A stretch of DNA of 64,000 bases from Azolla caroliniana (taxonomy: Eukaryota > Plantae > Polypodiophyta), in NCBI GenBank assembly GCA_043228905.1, contig JBHGNT010000020.1, forward strand, positions 3,782,001 through 3,846,000, in the 5' to 3' direction. The position numbers and the translations under genes are program-made. Shown piece after piece: positions 50,399-64,000 of this stretch. Within the stretch, counting starts at the first letter, position 1. Every line of letters starts with the position of its first letter. The notes under the pieces were generated by a model. That model was not told the origin of the DNA and made no database searches. It saw nothing but the letters and a program-made list of their open reading frames with translations.

Positions 50399-51677
50399 AT
50401 TTCACACTAGAAGCATGAACTAGTAACAATACACTTTCCTCTCCACTCCATAATTTGATGATGACCCACAATCCATAAATCAAAAGTTTCGCAATATTCA
50501 CGAAATTACGGAAGCTGCTTGTCCATTCGAAGCACTCATGGCCGACTTGGGACCGGAGCCTAGTGTAATGGTGGTGATATTCCATTCGAGGACATAAACC
50601 TCACCCCGAAAGCAACCCTTAATGGTCCTGAGAGAGAAATGTGGAAGTCGGCGATGCAAACGGAAATGGATGCACTCACGCGCAATGGGACATGGACCTT
50701 GGTGCCACAACCGAAGAATCGCAACATCTTATCTAGTAAGTGGGTACTTAGAAGAAGAAAGACGCACATGGTGTAGTGACAATATATAAAGCTTGCATTG
50801 TCACTTGCGACTTTCACAAATTCCTCGCATGGATTTTAAAGAGACATTTGCCCTGACTCTAAAAATGGTTCTGTTATGATCCATGCTTGCTTTTTCGGCC
50901 GGTTTTAACCTTGAACTTCACCACTTGGACATCGAAACCGTGTTTTTACATGGAGATCTAAATGAAGAAATATTCGTGCAACAACTACCGTATTTTGAAG
51001 ATCCAAAATTCTTTTAGTATGTTTGTAAGCGTCATAAGCCATTGTATGGTTTGAAACAATCCCCACATATGTGGCACTATAAGCTCCATACCTTCCTTAT
51101 GCCTATTAATTTCTGGGGTCTTCAAGCGGAGCCAAATCTTTACATTTGTAAAGAAGGAAGCACTATGTAATCATTGGTGTGTATGTTGATGATTGTCCAA
51201 TTGCTTGCAACTCCACTACTTCAATGCGAAAGGCTATAAATAAACTCAAGGAGAAGTTTCCCCTCAAAGACCTTGGACCACTAGAGTATTGACTTGGTAC
51301 CAAGGTAACATGAAATAGGACAGAAGGCACACTTATTGTGATGCAATGGAAGTTGGTCGAAGAAATTCTTCACAAGTACGAGATGTCTGATTGTAAACCT
51401 ATTGCAACACCAATGATTGTATCGTGCAAACTATCAACCAATGATAGTCCAAAGATTGTGGAAGAAGAGCAACTCATGAAATCACTTCCTTATTTCCAAC
51501 CAATGACTGTACACATCCGGATTTGTCTTACTCAACTGGTTTTCGGCCTATATTTATGCAAAATCCCGGAGTAGCTCATTGGAATGCTTTAAAATGAGTT
51601 CTTCATTATCTACAATACACTAAAGACATAGGTCTAACTTACAAGTCTTTCCAATCAATGAATACGTCCCAACTTAG

Positions 51678-54600
51678 TGTGAGGAAAGGGACCGTAGATC
51701 TTGAGACGGATATGCTGAAATATACAATGCGGAAGCAGAAAACAACGTTATAGATAAAATACACATTACACACCCTTGTACATGGAAACCCTAAAACAGG
51801 AGAAAAACCATGAAATCTGATATTCCACTATATGAACAAAGAATACAAGGGAGAAAGAACAGATTACAACACTCTTTGTGTGCAGAGTGTATCAGCCACA
51901 CATGGCTCTTGGTGTCTAATATCTCACAACTATGGCACTGCTCACAGCTCTCGCGTCTCTCTTCCTCTCACTCTTTGTTACTCTCTATACAACACTTCGT
52001 TATGTTCTCCACTACACAAAACTATGTTTTCCCTAGGTGTATTTATACCATACATAGTATGGGCTATTTACAAACATAGTTGACTCCCATGTCGGCTGTC
52101 CAGTTGATCCGACTAGTCGGCCGTCTCCTTGACTTGGGGCATCCATAATGTAGTCGATATTATAGTTGACTCTCTCTATCTCCTTCACAACAATCGACAA
52201 CCATGTCGACTCACTGATCGATCTGATCAACCATCAGTGTCGGCTTGTCTCTGTTCGATTACCGACTTCTCTCATAGATACCGACTGTCGACTTCTCCCA
52301 TAAGAGGGACATATTCTTAACAAACTCCCCCTTCACTCCTCTGGGAAGGAGTCAATCATTCCAGTCTTTTGTCGACAGTCTGAGTGTGTCCCTAGGTAGG
52401 TTTTTCGTGAGCATGTCGAATCCATTATTGTTAGTATGGATCTTCATGAGGGTAAACTCTGCTTCATCCACTTTCTCTCACAACCAGTGATACCGTCTCT
52501 GTATGTGTTTCGTTTGTGAGTGGTAAGTAACGTGCTTGGCTAGATATATGACACCCTGATCGTCACAATGAAGTAAGAATTCTCTTTGCCTCATTCCCAG
52601 ATCATTGAGAAAATTTCTCATTCATATAAGCTCCTTGCCAGCCTCTACCGCGGACATATACTCCGCCTCTATGATTGACAAGGCCATAGACTTCTGCAGT
52701 CTTGACTGCCACGACACTGCTCCCCTTGCATGGGTCATCACATAACCAGAAGTGGATTGACTTGAGTCTACATCCCCCGACATGTTTGAGTTGGTAAACC
52801 CTTTGAGCATAGGTTTTCCGACACCATACCTGAGGCACATCCCCAAGGTGCCTTTCAAGTACATGAGTATCCTCTTGATTGCTATCTAGTGTTCTCTTCT
52901 TGGATTACTCATGTATCGGCTTATTGCTCCCACAACAAACATTGTGTCTGGCCTCGTATAGATCATAGCATACATTAAACTGTTGACGATCGAGGCATAT
53001 GGTACTTTTGTTATCTTAGACTTTTCCTTCTCCCCTTTGGGGCATTGCCTGGCATTCAACTTGCAGTTTTTCGGCAACACAGAACCGACTGACTTTGCTT
53101 CTGACATGTTACATCTCTCCAAGGTCATTGTCACATATTTTTCTTGTGATGACTGTAGCACTTTCTTAGTTCTATCTTGAACTATGTACATTCCCAAGAT
53201 CTGTTTGGCCAGTCCAAGATCTTTCATTGGAAATGATTTGCCAAGTGCTTTCTTCAAGCTCCCAATCTTCTTGGTATCCTGTCTGACTACCAACATGTCA
53301 TCTACATATAACAAGAGAATCAAGAAGTTGCCTTCATCATACCTTTCAGTGATCAGCTTGTGTTTTGTGGAACCCATGTTCCATCATGAAGGATTCAAAC
53401 TTCTTGTACCATTGGCGTGGAGCTTGTTTCAAACCATACAATCTTCAATCGACACACCAAGTTCTCTTTTCCTTTCTCCACAAAGCCTTTGGGCTACTGC
53501 ATGTAGATTTCTTCGTCTAATTCCCCATGCAAGAATGTTGTTTTGACATCCAACTATTCAATCTCCAGATCCATATTGGCAACTATGCTCAAAACTGTTT
53601 GGATGGATGTCATTTTCACAATTGGAGCGAATATATCGTCGACACCCTTTTTTTGTTGAAAATCCTTCACCACAATGCGGGCCCCATAAGGGGTTCAATG
53701 TGAGAGAGGAAGAGAGAGAGGTTGGGAGAGAAATCTTCATTCATTCATTCCCCATAAGGGGTTAAATAGTTACAAAAGGGTAATACACATGGGTGCAAGC
53801 CCCCTTGTCCATTCACACTAATCACTCAGTCACACCTCTTCGTATATGTCCGTGTGCATGTGTAAAAATACGTATCTACTCACACTCACAATTACACTTA
53901 CACAATTACACATACACATAAACTCTTTACTCATTCACCCGTGTTACGCTCAACTCTCTGTACATCTCGTATGGTAACACATTATGGCACACCCATGGGA
54001 CAGTGCCTTGCACGTCGATCCCACATGCCTTGATCATCACCTCTATACGACCGGAACTTCCATCGGTCCTCTCATCGATCGGAACGCTTGAGCCGAACAT
54101 CACTTTCGGTCAGTGAATCTTCCTCAACATGAACATTCTCGTTCTGTCGGTTCATGAACTTAGTCATGGGTCCAAAAACTCGTTGTGTGTATGTGTGTTC
54201 TTCCTTTTATTTTGTGAGTTGTTGTGAGTCGATCTCATCCAATTCTTTAAGGTTAACGAGTTTTTGAAATTTCCTCGCTGCCCTTTGGTTTTAAATTTTT
54301 ATTATATACCCTCGAGTTTTTGAAATTCAATCTGGTATAGTCACCGAGTTATAAAATTTTATGCGTTACCTTAGAGTTTCTAAAATTGGTCGTATGCCCC
54401 TATCTTTCTCTTTTTCCCTCTCTTTTTATTTATTTGTTATTATTATTTCTCTTGGATTCTGTTGCGGGAAGCATTCATCTTGCCTGCATTCTTCATCTTC
54501 GTCGTTCTCATTCTCCTTCTTTCTTGCGTTTTTCTTGTTCCTTTTGCTCTCTTCCTCACAGTTTTCTTGTTTTTCTCTTCTGTCAGTTCCTCTCTTTCTG

Positions 54601-55800
54601 CTTCTTATTTTCTTCTTTCTTCCTCTTCTTGCCAGTCTTCTTCTTTCTTCTTTCTTCTTCTCCGTCTTCTTCAAAACGTCTCAGTCGATGGATGCTCATT
54701 CCTTCTCTCCACCTGCATGTGCGATCCTTTGCATCTTCGTGGATCTTTTTGTATGGCGTTTCCACCGACGCCGTCTCTTGCATTCTCGCCTCTCTGCAAA
54801 CCCTAATTGTTTCTACGCAATATTTCTGTGAAACAATATTGTCAACTTCATTCATCTCCAGCCATGGCGCCATAGAGAGAGAGGTTGGAGAGAGAAATCT
54901 TCATTCATTTATTCCTCATAAAGGGTTAAATAGTTACAAAAGGGTGCAAGCGCCCTTGTCCATTCACACTAATCACTCACTTACCTTTTCGTATATGTCC
55001 ACATGCACACACATGTGCATGTGTGCACATACGTATCTACTCACACTCACAATTACAATTACACATTTACACATACACGTAAACTCTTTACTCTTTCACC
55101 CGTGTTACACTCAACTCTCTGTACATCTCGTACAATAACAACCATCGAACTCTGACCTCTGATCCTTAGCTACATGCATATATACCAAGCATTGGAATAC
55201 ACTCAGGTGTTGGTAGGAGACATCTTTACCTGACCACATCCTTTGTGGAACATCACCTTTCAGAGGCACTGAGGGAGACTTGTTGATCATATAAACAGTC
55301 GTGTACATCTCCTCAACCCAATATGATTTCGACAGCTTTGCATGTGACAACATGCTCCTCACTCTTTGTTCATTCATCCTCTCTGCAAGCCCATTCAGCT
55401 CAGGGGTCTTTGGCACCATATACTCAAGTCTTATGCCCTAAGCTTTGTAGTACTCCTTGAACTGTCCTATGTACTCTCCATAGTTGTCGGTTTGAACAAC
55501 CTTCAACTTCTGATCCGATTCTCTCTCGGCTCTCGCCTAGAACTCCTTGAAAACTGACAGTACTTGGTCCTTCGACTTTAGTACAAAAGCCCACAACTTT
55601 CGGGTGTAGACATCAATGAACATTACAAAGTACTGTCCACCACAAGGCGATGGAGCATCCATGTAGCACATGTTTGTATGTACGAATTCTAGTACAACTA
55701 TCGCCTCTTTGGTGGTCTTGAGTGGAATGCTGTTCTGTTTTTCTTTTCGACTAGGCAGTTAACACACCTTTCCAAGTGCACTAATTTAAGTTCATTAGGT
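51678..55800 (-). mobile_element. Truncated Tork-like Copia (3' LTR 51678-52322, RH, RT, IN)
   Basis: PPT AGGGGGAGTT at about 52323-52332; LLLYVDDMLV, VSWQSRLQK, TPELNGLAERMN; 5' end missing. Confidence 0.85.
53676..55140 (+). mobile_element. Non-coding insert bounded by LTR-like direct repeats
   Basis: Repeats at about 53676-53979 and 54874-55140, both ending TAACA; PBS-like TGGCACACCCATGGGAC at 53985-54001; CT-rich interior. Confidence 0.6.
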
Positions 55801-56611
55801 AGAAAATTATTCCAATCAAATCTGACACATGACAAATGATACTTATCATGTGCAACAAACCCATACACAATAACTTGACATTTATAACAAACGTCAAAGT
55901 ATAAATTTAGATTCAAGATTACCCTAAACAAGAATGGAGGGAGATCAAAGGAAACATGTACACATACTAATTAAACTCAAACTTTAAGCTCATTACCTGG
56001 AAAATAAATTTAGATTCACCAATACCTTGGCACACAAGAATAGGGACCAAAGCGGCCAACATGTACACATACTAATTAAACTCAAAATTAATGTCCATTA
56101 GTCAGACACCACTTTATCCAAAAATTCAAATGATATATTTAAACGAGGACTTTTACAATTGGTTAATGTTCAAAAGTCATATGCATAAAAATATCAATCT
56201 AACAATAAGTTCGGTAATGGAGGCTCTTCATGATCTGTTCTTTGTTCAAGATTACCCTCGTCGCCTTCGTTAGAATGGTCATCACAATCATGATTATGTT
56301 CAAACCCCGGTACGTCTTCTAAGTTTACAAGATCCCCTGCTTCATCATCAATTGGTTCCATTGGTTCTCTGGAAGTCATCTGGAACATCTCTATTTCATT
56401 TATATGTTTTGCCCTGACTTCTTGGTCTTGATCGAGACAATCCCGGATACCCTAGATCCTCATTTTGATGGAGTTCACTTGCTTAGGGTCCTCCAAAGCA
56501 ACACAGTTCCTGAACATCTTTAATGCACATACTGTAGTAGTACTTGGCAGTTAAATGAGATTTCACATGTTTAAAACATACCATTTTGTCAATTTCAGGA
56601 TATTTATACGG

Positions 56612-57524
56612 TGTCGTGAAGTAGGAAAGCTTCACATTAAAAATCTACAATAAGATACATACGTAACTAAAATAAAATAAATCTTGATAATGTTTTTATA
56701 AAGATAATATTAACAACACACTATGATAATGTTATACATTATATGTAGAGGCAAATAAGAAATATATATGTTATATTACATGGAGAAGAGAGGACTTAAA
56801 CCAATAACCTCTCCACCTTATGACTCTCAAACCTTACCATTTGCTCTATACTTGTAATATATATAAAATTATATGTGTTGTTTAAACCATAAAACCATAT
56901 AATGTACTACATGTGCACCATATTGCGTATCACATTAACAAGAGAGGACTTGAACCAACAACATCTACCTTACAAGTCTCAAACCTTACTATTTACCCAA
57001 TATCCATGATTTATATATCCATGCATGTTATATATTATTTGAATTGATAATGTATAGTCTAAACCATGTAATGTACTACATGTGCACCATATAGCACACA
57101 TGCAAGAGCCCTCTCTGCATGTGTGACATATGGCCCACTTGCAAAACCATCCCCGTCCTTTAAAAGGAGAAGGGAGTATAGTCACAAGGATATCAAGGAA
57201 TCAATCAATCATATTGAATAGTTGTATGAAATCGAGCGAAATTATATTGTAAGAGATATCATAATAGAGAAAGAGGGAGAGAAGGTAAAAGCTATAGACA
57301 ATCTCAGAAGACAAGAGAAGAACTAGCTTGGCGGCGGTGGTGCACAACTCGCAACGAAAAGGCCGAGGTTCGAGTCTTATCCTCATCGAAAGATAGAAGG
57401 AAAGATTGTGGTCTAGTATCAAGAAAGAGAAGAGCGACTACCTTGTGAGACAAAGTTCGACGGTTCAACGACACTCGAAACCATTTTTGTAACGGTACAC
57501 TTCTGCGTGAACCACACCACGACA
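56612..57524 (+). repeat. 5' LTR of Gypsy-T with three tRNA-like cassettes (56785-56855 -, 56938-57005 -, 57317-57385 +)
   Basis: TGTCGTGAAG...CACCACGACA; homologous to the solo LTR at 41417. Confidence 0.88.
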
Positions 57525-58184
57525 CAATTTGGGTTCACCACTTGTGTCATGCCTTTCGGCTCCGGATCGTTGCGTGAGTCGGGTGGGAACCACTGAGGTT
57601 TTGGACTAGGAGAAAGAAGAATACAATATAAGGCTAGTTATGAATAGGTAGAAAGAGAAGTAAGAAATAAAAACTTATGAATCCCATGTCTTTAGTATAT
57701 TTAATCAATATTTAGATTGTAAGAAAGAGAATTTTTATGATAAACTGGTGAATCCCACAAATATATTCGATTGATCAATCCTTATAAATTAATCAACAAC
57801 ATCATACATCTTTCTCTCCTCCTTATATAAGGATGGAAGAGGCTAAGCATAGCTTCATGCTTTTTCTAAAGTGTTCATGCACACTAAATGTGCATGAGTT
57901 GCTTTTTACACTATGCTTTTATTTCCTAAATATAGTGCTCATGCTCGCTAGATGTGCACGAGTAATTTTTTATTGGTGTACATTTTTCTTATAAATAAAG
58001 TATTCACGCATTCTAAAAATGCATGACTTACCTTTTAATAAAGGTAGGCGTAAATAAAGGTCTGATATGTATTAAATCTATATTTAGAACACTTAGGATA
58101 AGTTAGTACAATGGTAAAGTTGGGGTTTGTTTATGTGGAGGTATAGGGTTTGAATCTTGCCCTATGCATGTAATAATCTTTTCT

Positions 58185-58350
58185 TCTATTTATAAATTTG
58201 TCTCTTCATCCGGTGAGAGACTCTCATCGGCCTTCTTTATCCGGTTCTTGCCGATTCTGCTTGATCCGGTTCTTACCGGGTCCTCCTTGCCGGTTCCTCC
58301 TTCATCCGGTTCTCACCGGTTCTCCTTACCGGTTCCTCCTTGTCCCATCT
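58185..58350 (-). repeat. Fragment related to the Copia-C LTR U3 (CCGG-rich repeats) inside the Gypsy-T leader
   Basis: CTTCATCCGGTGAG...CATCCGGTTCTCACCGG...CATCTGGAGG aligns with 39850-39995 and 45638-45780. Confidence 0.7.
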
Positions 58351-61300
58351 GGAGGAACAAAAATGCAATTTTCACGTAGTGTGCAAATTACACTACGACA
58401 ACGTGAAATGGGGAAGTAGAAGAGACATCTAAAGTAAAGATCAACATCAACATGGCAAGTACGAGAATAATGGATCTGGTAAGGTTGTTTATTGAAAAAC
58501 TGAATCAAGATCAATTATTTCATGCCTTACGAGAAGTCCGAGAAAAGATTGGTGTGTTTGATAGCACAAATATTTCAAAGTATATCAATATACATTATGA
58601 TCAAATGGAAATGCCTAGCGTGAATGATGTCAATATGATAGCAAACTTTTATAAATTAGTGGACATGGAATTAAGTGGTAGAATTCGTGAAATACAAGCA
58701 TTGCATAGTTTGGATTGGAATGCATTCAAAGAAGCACTTGTGTTTGAATATTTTTGTCGCGTTACTATGTGTTCATTCCATGAATGGGTCCTCAAAGAAA
58801 ATAAAGGATTATCTGTGGCAGACACGAAAAAAGAGTTTGATAGATTGTATGGACACTTAAGCCAAAAGAAAGAAATTATTTGTATTGGCAAAAGGTTGCT
58901 TTATTTTTGCAGGCAGTTGACAAGAGATATAGAAAAGAATTGGAATTTATGCTTGAAGTACCAAATACCGAGGATGGTATAACAACATATTGGAATGAGG
59001 TAACAAATGCTTGTAATAAATTTATGAAAAGAATGCAAAGGAATGGTGCAATGCTACAATTCCACATGTGGGAATCACAAATCGGCTTGAGCAAAACATC
59101 AAAGTTCAAAGACTTGGTCGAGAACCATCACATGAAATGGTCCATCAACCACAAGAAATGATCGAAACTAAGAGTGAGTCTTTGCTTGATGATTTAGTTC
59201 AAAGTATGAAAGATTTAACAATTAACCTTGAGAATGGTCAGACTCCAAGGTCAAGGGAACCATTTAGACCTCGATGCATGTGGTGTGATAGTCTCGAACA
59301 TCGATTACGTGATTGTGCGGAATATAAAGATATGGAAAATTGAGACTTGGGGTATTGGAAAAATGGTAACATTTATTTAATTGAAACTAGAAGTCCACTT
59401 ACAAAGAACTTTGGTGATGGTGGTGTTAAGGTTAAGTTGGAAGAAGCTGAAGCAAAGAAGGCTTCTGCAATGTACTATTCGGCAACAACAGGAATGCGTC
59501 TTGATGACATGCCATGCCGATCATCATTCTCGGAGAAGGTTGTAAATTCCACACAAAAGCAAAAGATGAAGATGGAAGGCCTTCGTGTTGCCAGAGATTT
59601 TGTAAGGAAAAATAGTGGATGGGATGTTCTGGTAGATGCTATGACAGTCTATGCTCAGATGGTAGAACACCAAGACCATGAGGTGATAGTGGAAGAAAAA
59701 AGGAAAAGTCCAGATGATGAGATTGGGCTGACAAAGAAGCATGAAACAAGAGAAAGCAAAAGAAAAGAGATGGACGCGAAAGTCGAAAAAGGTAAATCTG
59801 GTCCTACATTCAAATTAATGTCTAATATTGAAAAGGATGGGAAATTGTTCAGATTCAAAGCTGAGGAGATTGGTTGTGTAGATCCAAAGATGGTGACACC
59901 AATGGTAATATTTACTATCCCTCATATTCCTTGGAATTTTAAACCTATTACGGTGCCGATAGCTCGATTACCTCAATTGTTGGAGATGCTGAAGGATAAA
60001 GTCAAGATGAAGATTTTAGAGCCTTCAAATGCACCATACTCCAATAGATGGTTCACAGTTCCAAAGAAAGATGGTTCTCTAAGATTCATTCAAGATCTAC
60101 AACCAGTCAACAAAGTCACAATCCGAAATGTAGGAATTGGACCGATCGTTGATGAATTTGCGAAAGCGTTTGCTGGAAGAGCGATTTACTCTATGGGAGA
60201 CCTATATTCAGGATACGACCAAGTTCAACTAGCAATTGATAGTCGCAATATCACAACAATGAAAACACCAATTGGGTTGGTTGGAATGTGCACTCTACCT
60301 CAAGGTGTGACAGATTCAGTTGCTCACATGATGAACGCAATGAACAAAGTTCTACATGAATACATCCCAAAGGTAACTATGCCATTTTTAGATGATATTC
60401 CTATTAAGGGATGCTTAGAAAGAGAGAAAGATGAGACTATGGTTGGAAATGGTTGTAGGAAGTTTGTGATGGATCACATTAATGATTGTGAAAGTATTTG
60501 AAATAAGCTTGAGCAGGTACATTGACACTATCAGGAACAAAGTCAAGCTTTAGGCAGAATGAAGTTATGATAGTTGGTCATATGTGTGGCTAGTATGGGG
60601 GGAAGCCTTCACTGATCAAAATTAACACAATACAAAATATGAAGGAGGTTTGCAAATCGGTAACACAGGTGAGAAGATTTTTAGGTGCATGTGTGTTTTA
60701 TCATATTTGGTTACCACACTTTGCACATGTATCAGATCCTCTCTACCAACTTTTAAGAAAAGGAAAGAAGTTTATTTGGATTGATGAACAGACACAAGTT
60801 GTTCAACAATTGAAAGAAACATTATTGAAAGCTCCAGTTCTTCTTCAACCAAACAACAAAGGTGAAAGACCAATTATAGTGACAATTGATACTAGCCCAA
60901 TTGGGATTGGTTGGGTTGTGAACCAAGAAGACAAACATCAATATACTATTAGGTTTGGAGCAAAGATATTAAATGAAAGACAAAGAAATTATGCACTAGT
61001 TAAATGAGAATTGTGGGGTTTGCTTACTGCGTTAAAAACAGATAGAGATTACTTGATCGAAGCAAATGTAGTGGCTGAAACAGATTGTCTGCCACTCATC
61101 GGGATGATAGCAAGTTGCAAGACACCAAATATTGCAATGCTTCGGTGGATTGCATACATCAGAACCATGAACCTAGAATTACGGCATATAAAGGGCAAAG
61201 AGAACCTAGTCGCAGATATGCTGTCAAGAGCAAGGTTCATAAATGAAAGATGCAAGCTGAAGATAAGAATTGGCCAACTACAAGCCATCAATTGCTAATC

Positions 61301-62671
61301 AAGTATCTAAATTAAGCCTCATGATGAGTTTAATGTAAGCATAATGTTCAAAGACATGGAGTATGAAGGTCAATGGTTAGAAATAGGAAATTTTCTAAAG
61401 ACTCAAGAAGCCAACCTATCATGGTCGAAGAAACAATTAAATGAATTTCGAAGACGGGCATTCAAGTTTTTTCTACATGAAAGGCATTTATGGAGGCGTC
61501 CAAAAAGGCCAACCGAAAATCCTCTTCGAGTCATTTGTAAGGATGACATTAAGAGACAATTAATTAATCAATTCCATGATAGTTTGTGGGCAAGATATAG
61601 AGGCATATGGGCGTCATTTATGAAGTTGAAAGAAAAGTATCGGTGGCCACATATGTATAAAGATGTAACAAAGTTTGTGGAAACCTGTGAGGTCTGCCAG
61701 AGGTATTCAACTATTTGGTATCGAGATGAGCTAAAACCAACATATTCATCATCAATGCATTATAAATGGATGGTCGATCTAGTGACAATGCCACTTGGGG
61801 AAGGTCAAATGCGATATTTAGTACTAGCAAGAGAAGACCTTACAAACCAAGTAGAAGGAAAACCACTACGACAAAAAACAACTAGAGTTGTATGTAAAGT
61901 TTTGTTAGAAGATGTAATATATCGTTATGGGTGTGTTGGTAAAATAATTGCAAATAGAGGAGAACTTGATTCTGATGAAGCTAAAGAATTCTTCAACCGG
62001 ATGGGGCAAATTATCGCTTACAAAGGCTAATGGAAAGATTGAAAGAGGACATAGCCCAATAGTTAAGGCTATCGTGAAAAGTTGTAAAGGTAGAATAAGA
62101 GATTGGCCACGCATGCTACCTTATGCACTATGGGCAGATCAGACAACACACAGTTTTGTAACAGGATATATGCTAGCTTAACTGATACTTGGCGAAAAGC
62201 CATTCATGCCAATAAAAGAATCAATTATGTCATGGACATCTATTCCATGGAGAGAAGAGCTAAGCAGAGAAGAATTGCTTGCTTTTCGAATTCAACAATT
62301 AGCAGCCCAACGATTGAAGGAGGCTCGATTGAAGAATAAAATTTGCTTTGATAAAACTCATAGAATTCGGCCTAAGAAAATAGAAGAGGGGGATTGAGTG
62401 CTAGTGTATGATAATAGTTTAGATAATCAACATACCACTATCCGCAAGTTCACTGAAAGATGGTTTGGGCCCTACATAGTAAAGAAAGTATATGATAACT
62501 TTACTTATAAGCTTAGCGAATTGGATGGGACACTATTACTAAACGTGGTAGCTAGAAAGAGGATAAAAGTATTTAAGAAAAGGTTTGACCTTGAACCTTC
62601 TCCAGTAGATCAACATGAAGATGAAAGATAGTGGCACATGCCGGAGGATGTGCAAGTCTAGAGGGGGTGGA

Positions 62672-63484
<813 letters not shown>

Positions 63485-64000
63485 TAAAGTATAATGCCTC
63501 TTGGGTAATATGCAAGGCATATTACCCACTTCCCCATTAAATACACTATAATACAACAGACAAAAAGGGTCGGTTCTATGCAAAAGAAGAAGAAGAAGTT
63601 TCGAAGTCCTCACGCACTTCCAACTCCTTTCCTTTCATCATTCTCTTCTCATACTTTGCCTGTTCTAGGTGCGTAATAAATGAGCTAGGTATATCGTTGT
63701 TTGTATCTCCAACTTTTTTGGAGCGAGGTGGTTTCTACAAACACAATGTATATTGGTTAGTGTCCACATTCACAATAAACAATTCAATTAGAAGTTTAAA
63801 GATACCCACCCATTCTCTAAATACAATAAAAAATTCTTCAAGAGCCTTCTATGATGATGTCACAGGGCATGCTTGTTCTACCTCCTCCCATGTAGGCAGT
63901 GATTGTTTCTTCATCATCAATTCTTGAGTCTTCATGTACACTTTATGGCTACAAACCAATAAATCATTAGTTAATCATTAAAACAATCCATGAAACTGAT

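Larger units (their letters stand above)
45800..51677 (+). mobile_element. Old decayed Copia (IN, long spacer, RT) hosting further insertions
   Basis: IN 45950-46660 (LIHLDLC, IRTDNGGE, RKKLDPHTRKCIFTGY); RT 50600-51660 (WKSAMQTEMDAL, YGLKQSP, GVYVDD); many stops; no LTRs recognised. Confidence 0.8.

Noticed and set aside
54361-55138. Hydrophobic ORFs of 114-250 aa resembling membrane proteins
   Set aside because: Translations of a CT-rich low-complexity tract that run into a repeat.
55800-56611. Possible spliced gene or DNA-transposon fragment (acidic ORF 56194-56388) continuing after 63424
   Set aside because: Splice-like signals and a short duplicated motif are present, but no domain is recognisable; too weak to call.

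Overview
Plant nuclear DNA, probably from a leptosporangiate fern. This is inferred from a plastid rbcL fragment with fern-type residues ([16 protein letters not shown]) and from the TE families present. Most of the window is nested retrotransposons around a small gene island of two convergent genes: an intronless mTERF gene (+, 26268-28514) and a 3-exon NHR2A/B-like gene (-, 32805-35365). Left block (1-24.5 kb): a minus-strand Ty3/Gypsy carrying two sister Ty1/Copia insertions, then a Copia with a LINE in its 5' LTR and a hAT-like insert in its integrase. Right block (39.4-63.4 kb): several Copia elements and solo LTRs, plus a divergent Gypsy family with 4-bp TSDs. The best candidate for an undescribed system is this Gypsy family, whose LTRs carry several tRNA-like A-box/B-box (Pol III promoter-like) cassettes in both orientations; one LTR also holds an rbcL fragment. 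Other notable items are a Copia lineage with two polypurine tracts and an acidic/basic Pol C-terminal extension, a conserved hairpin around the PPT, a 14-aa repeat domain in the mTERF N-terminus, and a 250-bp intronic duplication that creates a candidate poison exon. All calls were made by eye; no database searches were run.
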